From positions 1 to 25,922 of the forward strand of contig CAMOEU010000001.1 of assembly GCA_946612575.1 (NCBI GenBank): a stretch of 25,922 nt of DNA. Direction: 5' to 3'. Source of the stretch: an uncultured Clostridia bacterium. GTDB lineage: Bacteria; Bacillota; Clostridia; Christensenellales; UBA1242. A program made the position numbers and the translations under genes. The notes beneath the pieces are model-generated. The model worked only from the letters and a program-made list of their open reading frames with translations, searched no databases and was not told the DNA's origin. This document shows, piece after piece, positions 1-6,201 of this stretch (its first letter is position 1; each line of letters starts with the position of its first letter).

Positions 1-1094
1 AAAAGAAGAAGAAAAAGACCACCTGGATTTTTTTGCTTATCAATTTGGTTATTGTCGCAGCAATTTTTATTTATAACTTCGCATTTAAAGAAACAAAACC
101 AATTTCGGAGCTGATTGCTGAAAAACCTTTTTATAGATTTTTCTTTATTGCTCTTGCCGTTGTTGGAGTGTTTTATATCATTTCAGGCATTGGATATTCT
201 ATCTTGCTCAAACAAACGACAGGAAAGTTTAAATTTTGGCTCGGACTTCAGCTTGCAATTATTGGAAAATACTGGGACAACATAACACCTTTTGGTTCAG
301 GCGGGCAATTTGCACAAATTGCACATGGTTCTAAAAAAGGCATTTCGGGCGACACAACAACAGGTGTTGTTGTTGGCAAATATATGCTTGGAATGCTTTC
401 CTTTGTGTTTTTGGGAATAATATCTTTGTTTATTCCAATTGACACTTTCACAACGGGGACAATCATCAAGATTTTGGCTATTGTTGGTGTTGTGGTGAAT
501 CTTCTTATAACACTTTTTATATGGATTGTTTCCACAAACAGAAAGTTGTGTTCGATTATAGTGATTGGCGGGCTCAAACTTCTACACAAAATGCATATAG
601 TCAAAAATTTCAACCGATCTCTCTATAAATCAATGAGATTTATCAAACAATATCAAAAGGCTTTCAAGATTTTCATTAAAAAACCTTGGGTTGTTATAAC
701 TGAAGTTTTGATAACATTTATCGAATCAGTTTTGATGGCACTTATTTCCTATCTTGTTTATCTTGCATTCAATTTCCCAACAGTAAATGTCAGCCCAATC
801 ACAATCTTTGCAATGTCATTCTTGTGCTCTTTTGCGACATCCTATATTCCAATTCCAGGCGGAAGTGGTATGGCAGAAATTTCGTTTGCGGCTTTGTTCT
901 CGAAGTTGTTTAGTGAAAACATCACATTCTGGGCACTTATGTCTTGGAGAGTGTTCACATTCTACATTTTGATTTTGATAGGATTTTTGTATACGATTTT
1001 GGATCCAAGCTTTGCAAAAGCAAATCAAAAAATTCAATATTCAATTCAGCAGAGAAGACTCAAGCGAGAAAACGGAAAAAAGAAAACGGACTAG
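1..1094 (+). CDS. Lysylphosphatidylglycerol synthase TM-region / flippase-like domain membrane protein (UPF0104 type), 5'-truncated
   Basis: Frame is open from nt 3 (KKKKKTTWIFLLIN...), so the true start lies outside the window. Multiple TM segments and family motifs 'YWDNITPFGSGGQ', 'SYIPIPGGSGMAE' and 'WRVFTFY'. Confidence 0.85.
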   Translation, partial: KKKKKTTWIFLLINLVIVAAIFIYNFAFKETKPISELIAEKPFYRFFFIALAVVGVFYIISGIGYSILLKQTTGKFKFWLGLQLAIIGKYWDNITPFGSGGQFAQIAHGSKKGISGDTTTGVVVGKYMLGMLSFVFLGIISLFIPIDTFTTGTIIKILAIVGVVVNLLITLFIWIVSTNRKLCSIIVIGGLKLLHKMHIVKNFNRSLYKSMRFIKQYQKAFKIFIKKPWVVITEVLITFIESVLMALISYLVYLAFNFPTVNVSPITIFAMSFLCSFATSYIPIPGGSGMAEISFAALFSKLFSENITFWALMSWRVFTFYILILIGFLYTILDPSFAKANQKIQYSIQQRRLKRENGKKKTD

Positions 1095-1106
1095 AAAGTC
1101 CGTTTT
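1083..1106. terminator. Bidirectional intrinsic terminator between the convergent flippase-domain gene and tRNA-Ala
   Basis: Perfect inverted repeat AAAACGGACT-agaa-AGTCCGTTTT overlapping the TAG stop, with T-runs on both strands. Confidence 0.85.
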
Positions 1107-1113
1107 TATTTTT

Positions 1114-1190
1114 TGGTGGAGATAGACGGATTCGAACCGTCGACCCCCTGCTTGCAAGGCAGGTGCTCTAGCCAACTGAGCCATACCCCC
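1114..1190 (-). tRNA. tRNA-Ala (anticodon TGC), CCA encoded
   Basis: Reverse complement GGGGGTATGGCTCAGTTGGCTAGAGCACCTGCCTTGCAAGCAGGGGGTCGACGGTTCGAATCCGTCTATCTCCACCA folds into a cloverleaf with the G3:U70 alanine identity pair, a TTCGAAT T-loop and a TGC anticodon. Confidence 0.98.
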
Positions 1191-1202
1191 ATATGCCTTT
1201 AA

Positions 1203-1231
1203 AATATATCATATTTATTTTTGAATGTCAA
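1203..1231 (-). promoter_or_regulatory. Sigma-A promoter of tRNA-Ala
   Basis: On the minus strand: TTGACA (1231-1226), 17 bp spacer, extended -10 TGa-TATATT (1208-1203), just upstream of the tRNA 5' end. Confidence 0.8.
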
Positions 1232-1263
1232 CAAAATTTCCAAAAAATCTTCAGTTAAATAAA

Positions 1264-1289
1264 AAAAGTTTGCAAAAATGCAAACTTTT
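1264..1289 (-). terminator. Intrinsic terminator of the PH-domain gene
   Basis: AAAAGTTTGCA-aaaa-TGCAAACTTTT perfect stem followed by a U-run on the minus strand, 15 nt after the stop. Confidence 0.75.
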
Positions 1290-1303
1290 GTTTTTTACAA
1301 AAA

Positions 1304-1693
1304 TTAGTTATGACCGTGGAATTCTGTGACTCTAACTCCGTGAACGGTCTTTTCTCTTTCAACGAGATCGGCAATCATATCTCTCACTTGATATGGGTTT
1401 TTGACATTTTTAAGAACAAGAGTTGGTTTTGATTCATCACTGCTCTTAAGGACAACTGTTCCGGTGTTAAACATTTTTCCAGCAAGCCCTTGATGGAAAC
1501 TTATATCGCAGATTCTGTAAAGGTTTACTTCTTCGATTTCAGAATAAGTTAGACCTGTTTCTACAAACATTTTTACCCAAGTTGGGTCTTCAATAAGATA
1601 ATATCTTGTGAATGACAAAGGCATTCCCATAAATCTTTTTCTGTCGTGCCACAAGCATTTTGCTGTTTTGCCAAATTTTCGTTGAATATTCAT
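1304..1693 (-). CDS. Bacterial PH domain-containing protein (bPH_2-like)
   Basis: 129 aa; AAGGAG RBS; motif 'EEVNLYRICDISFHQGLAGKMFNTGTVVLKSSDESKPTLVLKNVKNP' typical of bPH_2 proteins. Confidence 0.8.
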   Translation of the reverse strand: MNIQRKFGKTAKCLWHDRKRFMGMPLSFTRYYLIEDPTWVKMFVETGLTYSEIEEVNLYRICDISFHQGLAGKMFNTGTVVLKSSDESKPTLVLKNVKNPYQVRDMIADLVEREKTVHGVRVTEFHGHN

Positions 1694-1715
1694 AAAAACT
1701 CCTTAATATGAAATT

Positions 1716-1744
1716 ATTTTACAATAAAAAGCACAAAAAGTAAA
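1716..1744 (-). promoter_or_regulatory. Putative sigma-A promoter of the PH-domain gene
   Basis: On the minus strand: TTTACT-17 bp-TAAAAT. Confidence 0.45.
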
Positions 1745-1753
1745 TAAAAAAAT

Positions 1754-1784
1754 AAAAAAACCTTACTCAGAGCAAGGTTTTTTT
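1754..1784 (-). terminator. Intrinsic terminator of the small Cys-rich gene
   Basis: AAAAAAACCTT...AAGGTTTTTTT stem, extended by a G:U pair on the minus strand, 7 nt after the stop. Confidence 0.75.
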
Positions 1785-1790
1785 GAGTTT

Positions 1791-1991
1791 TTAATAACTT
1801 TTTCCACATCCACAGTTTGAAAGGATGAGCAAAAGTAAGATTGTGTTGCAGTCAATATTTATTCCGCCTTTAAACATTCCGCCGCAATTTTGCATAAGCA
1901 AAAGCAAGAAAATGATTGAGCAACAATCAAATCCTGTGTTGCAAGTGTCTTTTTCAACACCGCCACAGGTTGTGCCTCCGAAAAAGTTCAT
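1791..1991 (-). CDS. Small Cys/Gly-rich protein with two hydrophobic repeats (resembles clostridial 'chorion-class high-cysteine'-annotated, possibly spore-associated, small proteins)
   Basis: 66 aa; strong GGAGG RBS; own terminator; internal repeat DCCSIIFLLLLMQNCGG / DCNTILLLLILSNCGCG. Confidence 0.7.
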   Translation of the reverse strand: MNFFGGTTCGGVEKDTCNTGFDCCSIIFLLLLMQNCGGMFKGGINIDCNTILLLLILSNCGCGKSY

Positions 1992-2115
1992 TTGTGCCTC
2001 CTAAAATTCTTATGTATATTTTGGAAGATTTTCACTCTTCACATTAACAATGTATTACAAACCTTGAAAAAGTGTGAATATAACCGCAAAAAAGTTTACT
2101 TTGTTTGCCGTTTTT

Positions 2116-2145
2116 TTGACTTTTGAAAAATAATTATGTTAATAT
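2116..2145 (+). promoter_or_regulatory. Putative sigma-A promoter of the ESCRT-like operon
   Basis: TTGACT (2116-2121), 18 bp spacer, TGt-TAATAT (2140-2145); AGGAG RBS at 2154-2158 before GTG 2167. Confidence 0.5.
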
Positions 2146-2166
2146 TTATATGTAGGAGATTATCTA

Positions 2167-3045
2167 GTGAAGACTAATCAAACAAAAGAACAGAATTTGA
2201 TAACTTTTTCTGGGGACAACAGTCAACTTTTTTGCAGAATAAAAATTGATGACCCTTTTGCAAACAAACTTACCTTGCTTGTTCCAGAAACACATAATGC
2301 AATTTTGATTAAAGATGGTCAAATGCTTCAAACACTCTCTTCTGGGAAATATTTGATTGCAAAGTTTGTGGATGCGAGAGTTGATTTGGATGCGACCTTG
2401 GAAGTTTTGTTTATGTCTAAGACTGCAAAACTCAAACTTCTTTGGGGGACATCTCAAATGTTTCCGCTCAATGATCCATTTTTGGAAGAAAACTACAAAG
2501 TTGGGATGAGTGGCGATTTTGATGTTCAGATTGGTGACCCAAGAAAATGTTATTTATATCTTGTAGGCGCAAACGAAAATCTTACTTCTGACGAACTTCA
2601 AGAAAGGCTTGTTATTACGGTTGTTTCTGTTTTGGAAAATGAAACTGCTGAATATGTGCAAACAAAACAGGTTTCGTTTAACCAACTTACAGTCAAAAAG
2701 AGAGAAATTTCTTCAAAGGTTTTGACAAAGATAAATCAACAACTTATGACAGATTATGGTATTGCAGTGTTTTCGTTTAATATTGCAAACATTGTGATTG
2801 ACCCAGGTGATTATCAAAGAATGATTGCCGCAAAGAAAGGCGAGGCTGTGAAGGTTGAAACAGAACAACCACAAACAAACGAAAAAGGGTTGTTTTGCAG
2901 TGAGTGTGGAAACAAACTCAGCCGTTCGGCAAAATTCTGTGACAATTGTGGTGCAAAAGTTGGAAGTGCAAATGTTTGCAAAAATTGTGGTGTAGAAAAT
3001 TCGGCGACTGCAAAGTTTTGTGAAAATTGCGGAAATAAATTGTAA
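2167..3045 (+). CDS. SPFH/band-7 domain protein (YdjI-like) with C-terminal double zinc ribbon
   Basis: 292 aa; 'LLVPETHNAILIKDGQ', 'LKLLWGT' and 'YGIAVFSFNIANI' fit the YdjI-type SPFH fold; four CxxC motifs (CSEC, CDNC, CKNC, CENC) from nt 2896; no TM segment. Confidence 0.8.
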   Translation: MKTNQTKEQNLITFSGDNSQLFCRIKIDDPFANKLTLLVPETHNAILIKDGQMLQTLSSGKYLIAKFVDARVDLDATLEVLFMSKTAKLKLLWGTSQMFPLNDPFLEENYKVGMSGDFDVQIGDPRKCYLYLVGANENLTSDELQERLVITVVSVLENETAEYVQTKQVSFNQLTVKKREISSKVLTKINQQLMTDYGIAVFSFNIANIVIDPGDYQRMIAAKKGEAVKVETEQPQTNEKGLFCSECGNKLSRSAKFCDNCGAKVGSANVCKNCGVENSATAKFCENCGNKL

Positions 3046-3056
3046 GGAGAAAAATT

Positions 3057-3461
3057 ATGTGGGTTTTTTATGTTTTGGTTTTGCTTGCGATTTTGGGAAC
3101 AGCATTCTTCTTTATCTGGAGAGAATATCATCCAAGAAAGGAAGATGACACAATCGGAAGCAGAGGAGTGCTTAAAAACAAGAAGTCTATTGAAAATATG
3201 GTTGCAAATGTTGAGAGTATAATTGTTTATGCAAATGGAAACGACACACTCTGCAACAGACTTGTTGATGTTAAGGACAATATAAAGTTTTTCAATCCAA
3301 CAACAAATCAAAAAGCAATTGCAGTTGACACAAAACTTGCAGCAAGACTTGATGACTTGAAAATTGCGGTTGCAAAAGACAACACTCAAGAGACTTGCTT
3401 CAGACTTTTGGAAGAGGTCGAGGCATATATTGTTCAAAGAAAAAAGGAAGAACAAAACTAG
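3057..3461 (+). CDS. N-terminally membrane-anchored helical hypothetical protein
   Basis: 134 aa; AAGGAG RBS overlapping the upstream stop; TM helix at residues ~2-21 followed by amphipathic helices. Confidence 0.75.
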   Translation: MWVFYVLVLLAILGTAFFFIWREYHPRKEDDTIGSRGVLKNKKSIENMVANVESIIVYANGNDTLCNRLVDVKDNIKFFNPTTNQKAIAVDTKLAARLDDLKIAVAKDNTQETCFRLLEEVEAYIVQRKKEEQN

Positions 3462-3821
3462 ATGAAAAGAAGATATGAAGCATCTGATTCGTTAAATGAA
3501 GAAGATAAACTCAGGGTGGAAAAGGAACTTAGACTTGGATATCTAAATCTGGGTGAGTTGTTTTTCGAGCAAGCAAGACTAAACTTCACTCTTGCACTTC
3601 AATATGACAGCAAATGTGCTGATGCTTATTGGGGACTTATGCTTTGCAAGTTTCAAGCAAAGTCAGAAGATTTGCTTTTTGAAAATCCTGTGGTGTATAA
3701 AGATGTTGTGTTGTTGCCAGAATATGAAAAGGCAATGACATTTGCAAGTGAAGAAAAGAGAAAAATTTACGAACAAATTCTTGAAAGAATTTATGCAATA
3801 ATTAAAGGCGAGAGTTGTTAA
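3462..3821 (+). CDS. Small stand-alone TPR-like protein
   Basis: 119 aa; starts immediately after the upstream stop; TPR-like 'FFEQARLNFTLALQYDSKCADAYWGLMLC'; similar to modules in the 1277-aa protein. Confidence 0.7.
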   Translation: MKRRYEASDSLNEEDKLRVEKELRLGYLNLGELFFEQARLNFTLALQYDSKCADAYWGLMLCKFQAKSEDLLFENPVVYKDVVLLPEYEKAMTFASEEKRKIYEQILERIYAIIKGESC

Positions 3822-3832
3822 AAGGAGAGCTT

Positions 3833-4447
3833 ATGTGGTGGCCATTTAGAAGAAACAAATTTAAAAAACTCAATCGTGAAGATTTGGTGAACTCAATTTG
3901 CGAACTTGAAAGACAAGAACGAACCGTGGAAGCGGAAGTTTTGCAAAAAATCAAAGAGATTGATGCTTTGATGGAAAAGGGAAAGAAAGAAAAAAGCAAG
4001 GATTTGCAACTTTTCTATGCGAAGAAAATCACAAATCTAAACGAAGAGAAAGAAACAAGTATGCAAAGGGGAATGTATTTGCTCTACAACATTCGCCTTA
4101 TGAACAGGCTTAAGGATGCATATGATAGCAACACATTCTTCAAGACTCAAACAAAAGTGCCATTGTCAGAACTTTTGCAAGATCAAAAAGGACTTGCCAA
4201 GTTTTTGAATAAGGCTCTTGAAACAAGAATTGCAAGTGAAGATGTGCTTACAAATGCAGATGAACTTTTCACAGAAGTTCAGGCAGCTTATGATGTTTCA
4301 CAACCAATTTATGGAGTAGGCAAAACGGAAGAAGATGTGCTTTCAATTTTTGAAAAAGAAGGACAACTTCGTGATGAAGAAGGTTTGGAAGAAGAACAAA
4401 CAAAGGTCGCAACCAAAAAGAAAAAACAAATAATGGAGGAAGAATAA
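3833..4447 (+). CDS. Snf7/ESCRT-III-like coiled-coil protein A (204 aa)
   Basis: Start moved from TTG 3815 to ATG 3833 (AAGGAG RBS). Aromatic/basic N-terminus MWWPFRRNK, long helical hairpin 'ELERQERTVEAEVLQKIKEIDALMEKGKKEKSKDLQLFYAKKITNL', acidic tail; adjacent to a second Snf7-like gene and a MIT-AAA ATPase. Confidence 0.55.
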   Translation: MWWPFRRNKFKKLNREDLVNSICELERQERTVEAEVLQKIKEIDALMEKGKKEKSKDLQLFYAKKITNLNEEKETSMQRGMYLLYNIRLMNRLKDAYDSNTFFKTQTKVPLSELLQDQKGLAKFLNKALETRIASEDVLTNADELFTEVQAAYDVSQPIYGVGKTEEDVLSIFEKEGQLRDEEGLEEEQTKVATKKKKQIMEEE

Positions 4448-4448
4448 A

Positions 4449-5039
4449 ATGGGACTTTTTAAATCAAAACAACAAAAAGAACTTGAAAAGAAAATGCTTA
4501 TCAAAAGGACAATAAACACAATGAACAAGCAAATCAACCGCTTGGAAGATCAAAAACAAGTGTTTATTGAAGCTGCAAAAAAAGCAAAAGAAAAGGATTT
4601 GGAAGCACAATATAACCTTGCACTCAGTGGTTATAAAATGACTGTCCAACAACAAAGAAGAGCACAAGAAATGCTTTTGAATTTTGAAATCACAGCTCAA
4701 ATGAAAGATGTGACAATGATGACATCAGACTTTCTTCGTGGAATGAGCGAAATCAGCAAGGAAATGACAAAACTTGCTGATGCAAAAGAATTTGCAAAAA
4801 TTCAAGCTCAATTCGAACAAGCTATGGTTGCTGTTGAGACTCAAACAGACCAAATGGACAACTTTATGGAAATGAGCCAAGAGACATTCTATAATGCAGG
4901 TCGTGACAAGTCAGGAAAAATGACTGATGCAGAATTTGAGAAGTTTATTGAAGAGCAGGCTGGACTTGACACTCTTTCTGATGACAAAATCAATAGCGAA
5001 ATTGAAGAACTTAAAAAGAAGATAGAATCTGAAAACTAA
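4449..5039 (+). CDS. Snf7/ESCRT-III-like protein B (Vps2/Vps24/Did2-like, 196 aa)
   Basis: GGAGG RBS. N-terminus MGLFKSKQQK; basic N-half and acidic C-half; Met-rich segment 'FLRGMSEISKEMTKLADAKEFAKIQAQFEQAMVAVETQTDQMDNFME'; C-terminal MIM1-like helix 'DDKINSEIEELKK'. Confidence 0.7.
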   Translation: MGLFKSKQQKELEKKMLIKRTINTMNKQINRLEDQKQVFIEAAKKAKEKDLEAQYNLALSGYKMTVQQQRRAQEMLLNFEITAQMKDVTMMTSDFLRGMSEISKEMTKLADAKEFAKIQAQFEQAMVAVETQTDQMDNFMEMSQETFYNAGRDKSGKMTDAEFEKFIEEQAGLDTLSDDKINSEIEELKKKIESEN

Positions 5040-5053
5040 CAAAAGGGAAGTTT

Positions 5054-6199
5054 ATGGCAGAAAAACCAAGTATTACTGTTTTGTCTGACACATATGACCT
5101 TTATATGAAAAAGGCAAAACAAGCGAAAGAAAATGGAAATCTCTCAATTGCAAAGAGAAATTTTCTTCTTGCCAGCCAAACAATGATGGAAATGGCAAAG
5201 CAAAGTGAAGGCAAGCTTAAAGAAATCAGAATGGACAGGGCAAGAAGGCTTGTCAAACTTACTGAAAACATTGACAAAAAGCCAGAGAAAATTGAAAAGA
5301 AATCTTCTGGAGAGTCAAACGAAGAAGATGATGAAGTAAAAAAATGGCAAACAGCACAAATTCCAAACATAACATTTGCTGATGTTGCTGGGCTTGATGA
5401 TGTCAAAAAATCTATCACAATCAGAATGATAAATCCTGTGAAATATCCAGAAAAATATAAGATGTATGGTAAGAAATCTGGTGGTGGTGTGCTTTTGTAT
5501 GGACCTCCAGGAACAGGAAAAACAATGATTGCAAAAGCTATTGCAAACGAAGTTGGTGCAAAGTTTTATGCTGTCAAGGGCTCAGATATTGTGAGTAAGT
5601 GGGTTGGCGAAAGTGAGAAAAACATAAACTCTTTGTTTGAAGAAGCAAACAAGCAAGATAGAGCCATCATCTTTATTGATGAAATGGACAATTTGCTCGG
5701 GACAAGAGGTGTTGACACTCACAACGACAAAAGAGTAAACGAATTTTTGCAGCAGATTGATGGTTTTGCTGGCAGAAATCAAAACTTGCTTTTGCTTGGA
5801 GCAACAAACAGGCCTTGGGATATTGACAGTGCAGCAACAAGATCTGGAAGATTTTCCGAGAAAATTTATTTGCCACTTCCTGATGCGGCTGCAAGAAAGT
5901 TTATGATAGAAAAAAATATGAAAAATGTGCCTGTCTCAAAAGATTTTGATATTGACAAAATTGTGGAACAGACAGAAGATTATAGCGGAGCTGATATTGA
6001 AGAACTTTGCGATAGAGCAAAGGATGAACCTCTTCTTAAGGCAATCGCGACAGACAGTGTTGTTGATGTGACAAACGAAGATTTTGATAGAGTTTTGGAG
6101 AAAATGCCTCCTTCTGTCACACCAAAAGAAATCGAAAGATTTGAAAAATACAACGAAGAAGTAAACGGACTTATAAAGAAAAACAAAAAACAAGGATAA
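5054..6199 (+). CDS. MIT-domain AAA+ ATPase, Vps4/CdvC-like
   Basis: 381 aa; three-helix MIT-like N-terminus, charged linker, single AAA module with Walker A GPPGTGKT (5501-5524), pore loop SKWVGESEK, Walker B IIFIDE (5666-5683), ATNRPW, Arg-finger RSGRF and C-terminal helix PSVTPKEIERFEKY. No TM or protease domain. Confidence 0.8.
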   Translation: MAEKPSITVLSDTYDLYMKKAKQAKENGNLSIAKRNFLLASQTMMEMAKQSEGKLKEIRMDRARRLVKLTENIDKKPEKIEKKSSGESNEEDDEVKKWQTAQIPNITFADVAGLDDVKKSITIRMINPVKYPEKYKMYGKKSGGGVLLYGPPGTGKTMIAKAIANEVGAKFYAVKGSDIVSKWVGESEKNINSLFEEANKQDRAIIFIDEMDNLLGTRGVDTHNDKRVNEFLQQIDGFAGRNQNLLLLGATNRPWDIDSAATRSGRFSEKIYLPLPDAAARKFMIEKNMKNVPVSKDFDIDKIVEQTEDYSGADIEELCDRAKDEPLLKAIATDSVVDVTNEDFDRVLEKMPPSVTPKEIERFEKYNEEVNGLIKKNKKQG

Positions 6200-6201
6200 A
6201 A

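Noticed and set aside
1114-1190. tRNA-Ala as integration site of an island carrying the operon
   Set aside because: No integrase, no duplicated tRNA 3' end seen in the window, the operon lies on the tRNA 5' side, and base composition and codon style look like the flanking housekeeping genes.
3815-3832. TTG start for Snf7-like A
   Set aside because: The extension encodes the AAGGAG RBS itself; ATG 3833 is correctly spaced.
3833-5039. Calling the two coiled-coil proteins ordinary PspA/IM30
   Set aside because: They lack the PspA EDP and A-L-x-x-G-x-E-D-L-A-R signatures, are shorter, and sit beside a MIT-AAA ATPase. A Snf7-type call fits better, though profile search is still needed.
5054-6199. 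FtsH, Cdc48/p97 or proteasomal ATPase annotation
   Set aside because: No TM or HExxH protease domain, only one AAA module, no N-domain or OB/coiled-coil, and no C-terminal HbYX motif.
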